Assembly (NCBI RefSeq): GCF_057098645.1
Contig: NZ_CM169472.1
Strand: one strand, 5' to 3'
DNA: 64,000 nucleotides
The notes beneath the pieces are model-generated. The model was not told the origin of the DNA, did not search any database, and saw nothing but the letters and a program-made list of their open reading frames with translations. Positions 53,468 through 64,000 of this stretch are shown here, piece by piece. A program made the translations under genes and the position numbers. Position 1 is the stretch's first letter, and each line of letters begins with the position of its first letter.

Positions 53468-54816
53468 GTCTGCTGCAATTCAGTGGCCTGTTTGTTGTCT
53501 GGCTGCTCTGCACGCTGTTTATTGCCACGCTGACCTGGTTTGAGTTTCGCCGTGTGCGCTTTAACTTCAATGTCTTCTTTTCATTGCTGTTTTTGCTCAC
53601 CTTTTTCTTCGGCTTCCCGCTGACCAGCGTGCTGGTATTTCGCTTTGATGTTGGTGTCGCGCCGCCAGAAATCTTGTTGCAGGCGTTGCTTTCTGCGGGC
53701 TGCTTCTACGCGGTTTACTATGTCACCTACAAAACCCGCCTACGCAAACGCGTTGCTGATGTACCGCGCCGTCCGCTGTTTACCATGAACCGCGTGGAGA
53801 CCAATCTTACGTGGGTGATCCTGATGGGTATCGCGCTGGTAAGCGTCGGCATCTTCTTCATGCACAACGGCTTTTTGCTGTTCCGGCTTAACTCCTACAG
53901 TCAGATCTTTTCCAGTGAAGTCTCCGGCGTGGCGTTAAAACGCTTCTTTTACTTTTTCATCCCGGCGATGCTGGTGGTCTACTTTCTGCGCCAGGACAGC
54001 AAAGCGTGGCTGTTTTTCCTCGTCAGCACGGTCGCCTTTGGCCTGCTGACTTACATGATTGTCGGCGGTACTCGCGCCAATATCATCATCGCATTCGCTA
54101 TCTTCCTGTTTATCGGCATTATTCGCGGCTGGATTTCACTGTGGATGCTGGCGGCGGCGGGCGTGCTGGGGATTGTTGGCATGTTCTGGCTGGCGCTAAA
54201 ACGCTACGGAATGAACGTGAGCGGCGATGAGGCGTTCTATACATTTCTCTATCTCACTCGCGACACCTTCTCGCCGTGGGAGAATCTGGCGTTGCTGTTG
54301 CAGAACTACGACAACATCGACTTCCAGGGACTGGCGCCAATTGTCCGCGATTTCTATGTCTTTATCCCTTCCTGGCTGTGGCCGGGGCGCCCGAGTCTGG
54401 TGCTGAACTCCGCCAACTACTTTACCTGGGAAGTGCTGAATAACCACTCCGGTCTGGCGATCTCGCCTACGCTTATTGGTTCACTGGTTGTTATGGGCGG
54501 CGTGCTGTTTATTCCTCTGGGGGCGATTGTGGTTGGTCTGATCATCAAATGGTTCGACTGGCTGTATGAGCTGGGCAACCGCGAAACTAATCGCTATAAG
54601 GCTGCGATATTGCACAGTTTCTGCTTCGGGGCAATCTTCAATATGATCGTGCTGGCGCGTGAAGGGCTGGATTCGTTTGTCTCACGCGTAGTCTTTTTTA
54701 TCGTGGTCTTCGGCGCATGTCTGATGATCGCAAAACTGTTGTACTGGCTTTTTGAAAGCGCCGGACTCATTCATAAACGTACAAAATCATCGCTCCGGAC
54801 GCAGGTTGAAGGATAA
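53464..54816 (+). CDS. wzyE: common-antigen polymerase
   Basis: 450-aa polytopic membrane protein; 4-bp overlap with wecF. Confidence 0.93.
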
Positions 54817-54818
54817 CA

Positions 54819-55559
54819 ATGAATAACAACACCACGGCACCGACCTATACGCTGCGTGGCTTACAGTTGATTGGTTGGCGTGATATGCAGCACGCCCTCG
54901 ATTATCTGTTTGCTGACGGGCAGCTTAAGCAGGGAACGCTGGTTGCCATTAATGCTGAAAAAATGCTGACCATTGAAGATAACGCCGAGGTCAGGGAGTT
55001 AATTAACGCTGCCGAATTTAAATATGCGGATGGCATCAGCGTTGTACGTTCAGTACGTAAAAAGTACCCGCAGGCGCAGGTTTCCCGCGTTGCCGGTGCC
55101 GATCTCTGGGAAGAGCTGATGGCGCGCGCAGGCAAAGAAGGGACGCCAGTATTTCTTGTGGGCGGTAAACCTGAAGTGCTGGCGCAAACTGAAGCTAAAC
55201 TGCGCAACCAATGGAATGTGAATATCGTTGGCAGTCAGGATGGTTATTTTAAACCCGAGCAGCGTCAGGCGCTGTTTGAACGCATTCATGCCAGCGGAGC
55301 GCAAATCGTCACCGTTGCGATGGGATCGCCAAAGCAGGAGATCTTCATGCGCGACTGCCGTCTGGTGCATCCAGATGCGCTGTATATGGGCGTTGGCGGG
55401 ACTTACGATGTTTTCACCGGTCACGTAAAACGCGCACCGAAAATCTGGCAAACGCTGGGACTGGAGTGGCTCTACCGCCTGCTTTCGCAGCCGAGCCGCA
55501 TTAAGCGTCAGCTTCGTTTGCTGCGTTATTTACGCTGGCACTACACCGGCAACCTCTGA
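54819..55559 (+). CDS. wecG: UDP-ManNAcA transferase
   Basis: 246 aa, last gene of the cluster. Confidence 0.93.
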
Positions 55560-55576
55560 TTTTCCTCTCTTTGTAA

Positions 55577-55616
55577 AGCGACGGAGTGGTCACTTCGTCG
55601 CCTGTCTGCTTTTTTA
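55577..55616 (+). terminator. putative intrinsic terminator after the common-antigen cluster
   Basis: Inverted repeat gcgacg ... cgtcgc followed by ctgcttttttatt. Confidence 0.6.
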
Positions 55617-55749
55617 TTACACAAAGCATTCAAATTTTTAATGCTTTATTTGCCATTTCTCCTGAATTACGAAAACATTCGCAACACTCGATGTACCCAT
55701 AACGATAACCGGTAACACCGGAAAGCATGCAAACACAACACGAGGATTT

Positions 55750-57135
55750 ATGGCAGATAACAAACCAGAGCTACAGCGTGGGCTGGAAGCTCGACATATC
55801 GAACTCATCGCCCTGGGGGGCACCATTGGCGTCGGCCTGTTTATGGGGGCCGCCAGTACCCTGAAATGGGCCGGGCCATCCGTATTGTTGGCCTATATCA
55901 TCGCCGGGCTGTTCGTCTTTTTCATCATGCGTTCAATGGGCGAAATGTTGTTCCTCGAACCGGTTACCGGTTCGTTCGCAGTTTATGCGCATCGTTATAT
56001 GAGCCCGTTCTTTGGCTATCTCACCGCCTGGTCTTACTGGTTTATGTGGATGGCGGTGGGGATCTCTGAAATCACCGCCATTGGCGTTTATGTCCAGTTC
56101 TGGTTCCCGGAGATGGCGCAGTGGATACCCGCATTGATCGCAGTGGCGCTGGTGGCGTTGGCGAATCTGGCGGCGGTGCGGTTGTACGGCGAAATCGAGT
56201 TCTGGTTCGCGATGATCAAAGTCACCACGATTATCGTGATGATTGTCATTGGCCTGGGCGTGATTTTCTTTGGCTTTGGCAATGGCGGGCAGTCGATTGG
56301 TTTTAGCAATCTCACAGAGCATGGCGGTTTCTTTGCGGGTGGCTGGAAAGGGTTCCTGACCGCACTGTGTATTGTGGTGGCGTCCTACCAGGGCGTGGAG
56401 CTGATTGGCATTACTGCCGGTGAAGCGAAGAATCCGCAGGTGACGCTGCGCAGTGCCGTAGGCAAGGTGCTGTGGCGGATCCTGATTTTCTACGTAGGCG
56501 CGATTTTCGTTATCGTCACCATCTTCCCGTGGAATGAAATAGGCAGCAACGGCAGCCCGTTCGTACTGACTTTTGCCAAAATCGGTATTACCGCAGCAGC
56601 GGGCATTATCAACTTTGTGGTGCTGACGGCTGCGCTCTCTGGCTGTAACAGCGGCATGTACAGTTGCGGACGTATGCTCTACGCACTGGCGAAAAACCGT
56701 CAGTTACCGGCGGCGATGGCGAAAGTTTCCCGTCACGGCGTACCAGTTGCGGGTGTGGCAGTATCTATTGCTATTCTGCTAATTGGCTCATGCCTGAACT
56801 ACATCATTCCCAATCCGCAGCGTGTGTTTGTCTACGTCTACAGTGCCAGCGTGCTTCCGGGGATGGTGCCATGGTTTGTGATATTGATAAGCCAGCTGCG
56901 TTTTCGGCGTGCACATAAAGCGGCGATTGCCAGCCATCCGTTCCGCTCAATCCTGTTCCCGTGGGCCAACTACGTAACGATGGCATTCCTGATTTGCGTT
57001 TTGATCGGCATGTACTTTAATGAAGATACGCGTATGTCGCTGTTTGTTGGCATCATCTTTATGCTGGCGGTGACGGCGATTTATAAAGTTTTTGGCCTTA
57101 ATCGCCACGGGAAAGCGCATAAACTGGAGGAATAA
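55750..57135 (+). CDS. yifK: APC-family amino acid permease
   Basis: 461-aa 12-helix transporter. Confidence 0.9.
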
Positions 57136-57237
57136 GCAGCAAAACGCACAAACCGTAACCAAATGCGCAATTTATTTAAAAAGGGACTAGACAGAGGGGT
57201 GGGAAGTCCGTATTATCCACCCCCGCAACGGCGCTAA

Positions 57238-57314
<77 letters not shown>

Positions 57315-57372
57315 TTTAGTCCCGGCGCTTGAGCTGCGGTGGTAGTAATACCGCGTAACAAGATTTGTAGTG

Positions 57373-57448
57373 GTGGCTATAGCTCAGTTGGTAGAGCCCT
57401 GGATTGTGATTCCAGTTGTCGTGGGTTCGAATCCCATTAGCCACCCCA
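57373..57448 (+). tRNA. hisR: tRNA-His (anticodon GUG)
   Basis: GGTGGCTATAGCTCAGTTGG ... TAGCCACCCCA, anticodon GTG. Confidence 0.95.
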
Positions 57449-57469
57449 TTATTAGAAGTTGTGACAATG

Positions 57470-57555
57470 CGAAGGTGGCGGAATTGGTAGACGCGCTAGC
57501 TTCAGGTGTTAGTGTCCTTACGGACGTGGGGGTTCAAGTCCCCCCCCTCGCACCA
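57470..57555 (+). tRNA. leuT: tRNA-Leu (anticodon CAG)
   Basis: GCGAAGGTGGCGGAATTGGTAGACGC ... CTCGCACCA with long variable arm, anticodon CAG. Confidence 0.93.
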
Positions 57556-57596
57556 CGACTTTAAAGAATTGAACTAAAAATTCAAAAAGCAGTATT

Positions 57597-57674
57597 TCGG
57601 CGAGTAGCGCAGCTTGGTAGCGCAACTGGTTTGGGACCAGTGGGTCGGAGGTTCGAATCCTCTCTCGCCGACCA
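57597..57674 (+). tRNA. proM: tRNA-Pro (anticodon UGG)
   Basis: CGGCGAGTAGCGCAGCTTGG ... CTCGCCGACCA, anticodon TGG. Confidence 0.93.
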
Positions 57675-57675
57675 A

Positions 57676-57710
57676 TTTTGAACCCCGCTTCGGCGGGGTT
57701 TTTTGTTTTC
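57676..57710 (+). terminator. intrinsic terminator after the tRNA cluster
   Basis: Hairpin ccccgc-ttcg-gcgggg followed by ttttttgtttt. Confidence 0.8.
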
Positions 57711-57820
57711 TGTGCATTTCGTCACCCTCCCTTCGCAATAAACGCCCGTAATAACTCATTGCCCCACGGTATGATTTCGCCCTTAACGTATTGAAGGATG
57801 ACTTCAGGCAAGGAGCGACC

Positions 57821-59056
57821 ATGCTGCAACAGGTTCCAACGCGTGCTTTTCATGTGATGGCGAAACCGAGCGGTTCCGATTGTAATCTGAACTGTGACTA
57901 CTGTTTTTATCTCGAAAAACAATCCCTTTACCGCGAAAAGCCAGTCACGCATATGGACGATGACACGCTGGAAGCGTATGTCCGTCACTATATCGCTGCC
58001 AGCGAAACCCAAAACGAAGTGGCTTTTACCTGGCAGGGCGGCGAACCAACGTTACTCGGGCTGGATTTTTACCGCCGTGCCGTGGCTCTACAGGCGAAAT
58101 ATGGTGCTGGCAGGAAGATAAGTAACAGCTTCCAGACTAACGGCGTACTGCTCGATGATGAATGGTGTGCATTTCTGGCAGAAAATCATTTTCTTGTTGG
58201 GTTATCGCTGGATGGTCCGGCTGAGATCCACAATCAATATCGCGTGACCAAAGGTGGCAGACCAACGCATAAGCTGGTGATGCGTGCCCTGACGCTGCTG
58301 CAAAAACATCATGTCGACTATAACGTGCTGGTCTGCGTCAACCGCACCAGCGCGCAGCAACCGTTGCAGGTTTATGATTTTTTGTGCGATGCGGGAGTGG
58401 AATTCATCCAGTTTATTCCGGTGGTCGAGCGCCTGGCTGATGAAACAGCTGCCCGCGATGGACTGAAACTACATGCGCCTGGTGATATTCAGGGGGAACT
58501 GACGGAATGGTCGGTGCGCCCCGATGAATTTGGTGAATTTCTGGTGGCGATATTCGACCACTGGATCAAACGCGACGTCGGCAAGATTTTCGTGATGAAT
58601 ATCGAATGGGCGTTTGCCAATTTTGTCGGTGCGCCGGGTGCGGTTTGCCATCATCAGCCAACCTGTGGGCGCTCGGTGATTGTTGAGCACAACGGCGACG
58701 TTTACGCCTGCGATCACTATGTTTATCCGCAATATCGGTTGGGGAATATGCACCAGCAAACAATTGCAGAAATGGTAGATTCTCCGCAGCAGCAGGCTTT
58801 TGGTGAAGATAAATTTAAGCAGTTACCGGCGCAGTGTCGCAGTTGCAACGTGTTAAAAGCGTGCTGGGGAGGCTGCCCGAAACACCGCTTCATGCTCAAT
58901 GCCAGCGGTAAACCGGGGCTGAATTATTTGTGTGCCGGGTATCAGCGTTATTTCCGCCATCTACCGCCATATCTTAAAGCAATGGCTGATTTGCTGGCGC
59001 ACGGTCGCCCGGCCAGTGACATTATGCAGGCACATTTGCTGGTGGTGAGTAAGTAG
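57821..59056 (+). CDS. aslB: anaerobic sulfatase-maturating enzyme homologue (radical SAM)
   Basis: Start at MLQQVPTRAFHVMAKPSG (411 aa); CNLNCDYC radical-SAM cysteine triad and C-terminal Cys clusters. Confidence 0.9.
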   Translation: MLQQVPTRAFHVMAKPSGSDCNLNCDYCFYLEKQSLYREKPVTHMDDDTLEAYVRHYIAASETQNEVAFTWQGGEPTLLGLDFYRRAVALQAKYGAGRKISNSFQTNGVLLDDEWCAFLAENHFLVGLSLDGPAEIHNQYRVTKGGRPTHKLVMRALTLLQKHHVDYNVLVCVNRTSAQQPLQVYDFLCDAGVEFIQFIPVVERLADETAARDGLKLHAPGDIQGELTEWSVRPDEFGEFLVAIFDHWIKRDVGKIFVMNIEWAFANFVGAPGAVCHHQPTCGRSVIVEHNGDVYACDHYVYPQYRLGNMHQQTIAEMVDSPQQQAFGEDKFKQLPAQCRSCNVLKACWGGCPKHRFMLNASGKPGLNYLCAGYQRYFRHLPPYLKAMADLLAHGRPASDIMQAHLLVVSK

Positions 59057-59078
59057 AAATCGGCGGCCGCCTGCGGTT

Positions 59079-59190
59079 GATTGCCGGATGCGATGCTGAC
59101 CGCATCTTATCCGGCCTACAGAACGCTACAATTTATTGAATTTGCAAGGCTTGTAGGCCGGATAAGGCGTTCACGCCGCATCCGGCAAGG
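59079..59190. repeat. pair of inverted REP (repetitive extragenic palindromic) elements
   Basis: TGCCGGATGCGATGCTGACCGCATCTTATCCGGCCTACA and, in opposite orientation, TTGTAGGCCGGATAAGGCGTTCACGCCGCATCCGGCAA, between convergent aslB and aslA. Confidence 0.85.
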
Positions 59191-59222
59191 TCAGTGTGGC
59201 CCGATGTAGCGATATCGCCGGC

Positions 59223-60878
59223 TTAATCAGATTTAATCTGCGCGCGTGGTGGATATTTTTTCAGGATCTCCATATACGCGTGCATTTCGGTCTGTAGCGG
59301 TACACCCATCGGAATATGGCGCACGCCGATAGAGTCGCTCTCCTGCGGATCGGTGTACAGGTTAAACACCGACGATCCGGCTGTTTGCATTACTGTGCCG
59401 GTGAATCCACCCTGATATCCGCTCTGGGTATAAGCGTAAGGTTGCTGAATCAGGACGTGATACTTGAATTCATCCATACGCACAGCAGCGAGTTTACCGT
59501 TGAGGAAGTAGTGCTCGGCCTTACGGTTAGACTGACCATTTGTTCCCAGGAAGAAAGATGTCTGGTCCACACCATCGATAAAGGTGGTTTTCGGCACTAA
59601 ATTCGCCACTTTCGCGCCAGGATGCCCTGCCAGATCCAGCGCGGTAGGGAAGAGATCTGCCAGATCGACAATACCGTCAGATTTACGCGGTTGGATCATC
59701 CCTTTCCAGTACACGAAAGTCGGAACGCGAACGCCGCCTTCCCAGGTCGAACCTTTCGCACCACGGAACGGTGTGCGTCCGTGCGGCGGTACTTCGGCTT
59801 CCGGTCCGTTATCGGAGGTAAAGACAATCAGCGTGTTATCAAGCTGACCGTTTTTTTCCAGTGCTTTATACAGATTAGCGAACACATCGTTCATTTCCAC
59901 CATGCAGTCGCCATACGAGGTGCGTGCCGGAGAGCTACCCGCATATTTGGCGTTCGGGTAGTTATCGAAGTGACAGCCGCGAGTGCCGTAATAGAGGAAG
60001 AAAGGCTTATCACTCTTCGCCATCTTGTCGAGGAACTTAACGCCATATTCCATCCAGCGTTGATCCAGATCTTCCATATATTTCGGCGTAATGTCGGCAA
60101 TGGCCTGTTGTTCGCCGCCGCGCACCGCATGAACGTCATCTTTGCTAAATGGTAATTGCTTGATGTATTCAGAACGGTCCGGACTCAGGGCCACTTCCGG
60201 GTTTACGTGAACGTCGCGCCATTCGGTGTACATATCAGACACCGAGTTAAAGCCACGGAAATCATCAAAGCCAACGTTCTGCGGCTGCGACTCTTTGTTT
60301 TCCCCCATATGCCATTTCCCGATGGCCTGAGTGACGTAGCCCTGATCGTGCAGCAACTGCGGCAGCGTGGTTAACCCTTGCAGCCCGCCCGGTTGCCCAT
60401 ACATTGGCGGCATCAGAATGCCGTGGTGGATGGAGTATTGTCCGGTGAGAATAGTGGCGCGGGTTGGGGAAGAGCTTGGTTGAGAATACGCCGAAGTTAA
60501 AATCAGCCCCTGGCTGGCAACGGCGTCGATATCTGGTGTATGGTTACCCACTGCCACGCCGCCACCGTTAAAACCGACGTCCATCCAGCCCACATCGTCC
60601 AGCAAGAAAACAACCACATTCGGTTTCTTACCGGTTTTTTTCTCAAGTTCTGCCAGCTTCTGCTGGGTTTCTTTATCCTGCGCCGGATGCTGCATTACTG
60701 GCATCATGTTGTCGGCAATAGTGGTCGCCGGTTTAACCAGATACTGGTTTGGGTGATCGTATCCGGCAAAGCCTTTGCGTGCGGTGGCAGTTGACGGGGT
60801 ATCTGCTGCGCTGGCCATGAGAGGAAGAGCGGCGGCGACAGCAACAACAAGACGTTTGGGTGAAAACGAAAATTCCAT
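59223..60878 (-). CDS. aslA: arylsulfatase-like protein
   Basis: 551 aa with signal peptide and sulfatase signature S-S-P-T-R in [15 protein letters not shown]. Confidence 0.92.
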   Translation of the reverse strand: MEFSFSPKRLVVAVAAALPLMASAADTPSTATARKGFAGYDHPNQYLVKPATTIADNMMPVMQHPAQDKETQQKLAELEKKTGKKPNVVVFLLDDVGWMDVGFNGGGVAVGNHTPDIDAVASQGLILTSAYSQPSSSPTRATILTGQYSIHHGILMPPMYGQPGGLQGLTTLPQLLHDQGYVTQAIGKWHMGENKESQPQNVGFDDFRGFNSVSDMYTEWRDVHVNPEVALSPDRSEYIKQLPFSKDDVHAVRGGEQQAIADITPKYMEDLDQRWMEYGVKFLDKMAKSDKPFFLYYGTRGCHFDNYPNAKYAGSSPARTSYGDCMVEMNDVFANLYKALEKNGQLDNTLIVFTSDNGPEAEVPPHGRTPFRGAKGSTWEGGVRVPTFVYWKGMIQPRKSDGIVDLADLFPTALDLAGHPGAKVANLVPKTTFIDGVDQTSFFLGTNGQSNRKAEHYFLNGKLAAVRMDEFKYHVLIQQPYAYTQSGYQGGFTGTVMQTAGSSVFNLYTDPQESDSIGVRHIPMGVPLQTEMHAYMEILKKYPPRAQIKSD

Positions 60879-61302
60879 GCAAAATGCTCCGGTTTCATGT
60901 CATCAAAATGATGACGTAATTAAGCATTGATAATTGAGATCCCTCTCCCTGACAGGATGATTACATAAATAATAGTGATAAAAATAAATTATTTATTTAT
61001 CCAAGAAATGAATTTAAAAATCAGGAGAGCGTTTTCAATCCTACCTCTGGCACAGTTGATATGTAAGGCAGGTTTATTATATCGCGTTGATTATTGATGC
61101 TGTTTTTAGTTTTAACGGCAATTAATATATGTGTTATTAATTGAATGAATTTTATCATTCATAATAAGTATGTGTAGAATCAAGCTCAGGGTAAATATTC
61201 ACTCAGAAAGTTATTACTCAGGAAGCCAAGAGGATTACAGAATTATCTCATAACAAGTGTTAAGGGATGTTATTTCCCGATTCTCTGTGGCATAATAAAC
61301 GA

Positions 61303-61510
61303 GTAGATGCTCATTCCATCTCTTATGTTCGCCTTAGTGCCTCATAAACTCCGGAATGACGCAGAGCCGTTTACGGTGCTTATCGTCCACTGACAGATGT
61401 CGCTTATGCCTCATCAGACACCATGGACACAACGTTGAGTGAAGCACCCACTTGTTGTCATACAGACCTGTTTTAACGCCTGCTCCGTAATAAGAGCAGG
61501 CGTTTTTTTA
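61303..61510 (+). ncRNA. glmZ: small regulatory RNA GlmZ
   Basis: Sequence from GTAGATGCTCATTCCATCTC to the terminator hairpin GCCTGCTCCGTAATAAGAGCAGGCGTTTTTTT matches GlmZ as I recall it; no ORF; a -10-like CATAAT lies just upstream. Confidence 0.9.
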
Positions 61511-61556
61511 TGTGTCAGGAAGGCCCCGGAGGTGCTTGCCTCCGGGTGAGAAGGAA

Positions 61557-62753
61557 CTACTGTGGTGGGTTGTTCTGCAACGTTAACATCAAACCGTCGC
61601 GACGCATCGCTGCAGCTTCTTCCGGCTTGTGCAGTCTGTCCAGCGCGTCGGCAAGCCATGCGTAATCGTAGGCGTCCGGACGTTGTTTCAGCGCTGCGCG
61701 GAAGGCGAGCGATGCTTCCTGCCATTCTCCGTGCTTCATCAGTGACTGGCCCAGTGTGCTCCACAACAGCGGGCGATCGCCGACGTTTTTGATTTGCTGG
61801 CGCAGCACTTTTTCCAGCTGTTCCGGATTGTTTGTTTTCAGTCGAGGAATCGGCAGCAGTAGGCGATCGTCGTACTGGCGTTTCAGGCCATCGATGATAA
61901 TTTGCTGGGCAGTATCATGATCGTCACATTCAATAAGATGTTCCGCCATTGCCACCTGCAACGCTACCTGATGACGCGTTTTCCGGCTTTGGTTTTTCCA
62001 CCAGTTACGCAAACCTTCGCTACCGTTATCGGCACGCGCCTGATCCATCAGGCCAATCCATGCCTGTTGTTCCAGCATTGCACGATGTTCTTCATCACCA
62101 ACATGGGCTTTCGCCATTGATGGGATAATATCCAGCAGCGAACTCCATGCTCCTGTGCGGATATACGCCTGTTCCGCCAGACGTAATACTTCCGGATGGC
62201 GTGGCGTAACTTCCAGCAGCTTATCCACGCCGTGGCGTGCAGCATGGTTTTCATTACGGGCCAGTTGCAGACGTACACGGGTGATTTCTACCGGAATGGT
62301 GTCATTGCCGGCCAGCTCCGCTGCGCGTTCCAGATGTTGGTTGGCGCGCGCTTCATCACCACGTTGTTGCGCGGCTTCGGCAGCCAGTAGATAGTTCACC
62401 ACCGGTTGTTCAGCGTGATCGGCATTTTTCGCCATCAGCTTTTCAACTTGCTGATAATCGCCTTCCGCCAGTTTCAGCAGCGCCTGTTCGGTCTGCTTAC
62501 GTGCACGGCGACGCTTACGCCCGACAAACCACCCACGGGTGTGCGCGCCAGTGCGGAAGATCCGCCGCAGTAGCCACTCAATGGCAAACAGCACTACCAT
62601 CGCCAGAATCAATATGATCGCCAGGCCCGTGACGCTGGTTTCGATATTGTAGTTGTCGGTCTGGATCAGCACATAACCCTGATGATCGGCAATCATCGGG
62701 CCAACCACGATCCCCGCAATCAGCAACACAAAGAGCAATAACACTTTTAGCAT
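61557..62753 (-). CDS. hemY: HemY protein (TPR-containing inner-membrane protein)
   Basis: 398 aa with N-terminal transmembrane segments. Confidence 0.92.
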   Translation of the reverse strand: MLKVLLLFVLLIAGIVVGPMIADHQGYVLIQTDNYNIETSVTGLAIILILAMVVLFAIEWLLRRIFRTGAHTRGWFVGRKRRRARKQTEQALLKLAEGDYQQVEKLMAKNADHAEQPVVNYLLAAEAAQQRGDEARANQHLERAAELAGNDTIPVEITRVRLQLARNENHAARHGVDKLLEVTPRHPEVLRLAEQAYIRTGAWSSLLDIIPSMAKAHVGDEEHRAMLEQQAWIGLMDQARADNGSEGLRNWWKNQSRKTRHQVALQVAMAEHLIECDDHDTAQQIIIDGLKRQYDDRLLLPIPRLKTNNPEQLEKVLRQQIKNVGDRPLLWSTLGQSLMKHGEWQEASLAFRAALKQRPDAYDYAWLADALDRLHKPEEAAAMRRDGLMLTLQNNPPQ

Positions 62754-62755
62754 GG

Positions 62756-63943
62756 TTATTCTCCTTGCGGCGCGGCTGCCGGAGTATCAGCTTGCGGTGC
62801 AGGTGCAGGTGCAGGTTTGGCTTCCGTTGCCCCCGCTGCCGGTTGTGCCAGCAGGTTACGCACGCGAGTCTGCATCAGTTTTTCTAGCATCGTCTGGCTT
62901 TGCAGTGTTTCCGGGAGATCCATCGAAATACTTTGCTGACTTAACTGGTCCACCTCGTCGAGGAATGCTTTGGTCGTTGCATCTTCAGTATCGTAATAAG
63001 CACGAACCCAGGTGGAGACATTCTCCAGTGCCTGGCGGTAAGTCTCTTCCTGATGACGCGGCACAGCTTGTGCGGCGACCAGCAGACGGGAACGAATATT
63101 TTCGCGCAGATAGATATCCTGATTTGGCGCTAACAGCGGTACGGCGGTGTCATCACGACGGCGAATCGTAATGAAGTTGTCCATAAAGTTCTGCCAGCTT
63201 TTTTGCAGATTGATACGCCATTCGCTGATGGAACTGGAAAGCTCTTCACCGTCGGAATCCATCGGCGAACCATCGCTGTCATTATCGGCCAGACGCAGGT
63301 TATCTACCTGATTTGAAAGCTGATTAAGCTTAAGGATGATGCCGTCATAATCCACCTGCGATACTGCAGAAAGGCTGGCGATATCATCGGTAATTGCCCG
63401 ACGAACGGTAATCAGACTTGGGTCATTCATATCCGCCAGGCTGGCGTCTGCACTTTTCAGCAACGCTGCAGCGGTCGTGACGTCCTGATCGCTCCACAGC
63501 TTCCGTCCGGCGAGTTTCACCAGAAAATCGGCCTGAGCCAGCAGCCAGGTTTTAGCATCGCTGCCGGAAATGGTGGCGACCTTTTGTTGGACTTCATCCA
63601 ACTGTTTTGCCAGCGTTTCTTGCTGACGATTCGCCTGTTCAAGCTGTGCAGCTTGTTGCTTGATAATGCCTTCCAGCTCGGCTTTTTGGCTCTCCTGGGC
63701 TTTTTGCAGCGCCGTGAGTTGGCTTGCCAGGGCATCGCTGGTGGCAGTCTGACTGACGGCCTGTTGTTTACCCCAGCCATACAACCCGACGCCTGCTGCC
63801 AGAGCAATGGCGATAGCCACCGCACTGAGAATCAGAGCGGTACTGTTCTTACTCTTCTTTTCTGCAACGACAGGTTGTGGCGTGGTGTCCACGGCCTCCC
63901 TGGTATCTTCAACCACGGCGGAGGTTTTTTCTTGTTCCGTCAT
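62756..63943 (-). CDS. hemX: HemX protein (membrane-anchored, coiled-coil, Pro/Ala-rich tail)
   Basis: 395-aa ORF; start overlaps the upstream stop codon (TAATG). Confidence 0.9.
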   Translation of the reverse strand: MTEQEKTSAVVEDTREAVDTTPQPVVAEKKSKNSTALILSAVAIAIALAAGVGLYGWGKQQAVSQTATSDALASQLTALQKAQESQKAELEGIIKQQAAQLEQANRQQETLAKQLDEVQQKVATISGSDAKTWLLAQADFLVKLAGRKLWSDQDVTTAAALLKSADASLADMNDPSLITVRRAITDDIASLSAVSQVDYDGIILKLNQLSNQVDNLRLADNDSDGSPMDSDGEELSSSISEWRINLQKSWQNFMDNFITIRRRDDTAVPLLAPNQDIYLRENIRSRLLVAAQAVPRHQEETYRQALENVSTWVRAYYDTEDATTKAFLDEVDQLSQQSISMDLPETLQSQTMLEKLMQTRVRNLLAQPAAGATEAKPAPAPAPQADTPAAAPQGE

Positions 63944-64000
63944 TATGGCTTCCTGTTATGAGAGTTATTATAATGCCCGTAATAGCGCATCGTTGTCAGC
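63943..64000 (-). CDS. hemD: uroporphyrinogen-III synthase, C-terminal fragment (gene starts beyond the window end)
   Basis: Open frame on the minus strand ending in a TAA that overlaps the hemX ATG; assigned from the expected hemCDXY order, the 19 visible codons are not diagnostic. Confidence 0.5.
   Translation of the reverse strand, partial: LTTMRYYGHYNNSHNRKP

Overview
This window reads as a contiguous stretch of Escherichia coli / Shigella core chromosome, running from the 5' end of mioC to the 3' end of hemD. All gene names are assigned by recognising the translated proteins and RNA sequences from memory; no database search was run. In order: mioC (partial), asnC, asnA, viaA-ravA, kup, the rbsDACBK-rbsR ribose operon, hsrA, yieP, a complete rRNA operon (16S, tRNA-Glu, 23S, 5S, tRNA-Asp, tRNA-Trp; the rrnC arrangement), hdfR, yifE, comM, the ilvLXGMEDA operon with ilvY and ilvC, ppiC, a small PemK/MazF-like gene (yifN-like), rep, gpp, rhlB, trxA, rhoL-rho, the 12-gene enterobacterial common antigen cluster (wecA to wecG), yifK, the argX-hisR-leuT-proM tRNA cluster, aslB, aslA, the GlmZ small RNA, hemY, hemX and the end of hemD. 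I do not find a previously undescribed system: gene order and intergenic spacing are what I expect for this region, and every long ORF is accounted for. The one clearly accessory feature is a complete 1331-bp IS2 element with a perfect 5-bp target duplication (CGACC), inserted between the yifN-like gene and rep. Two things suggest this is not the K-12 MG1655 reference: ilvG is an intact 548-codon reading frame (K-12 carries a frameshift), and, from memory, MG1655 has no IS2 at this locus. Many short ORFs in the six-frame track fall inside rRNA genes or antisense to known genes and are treated as spurious.
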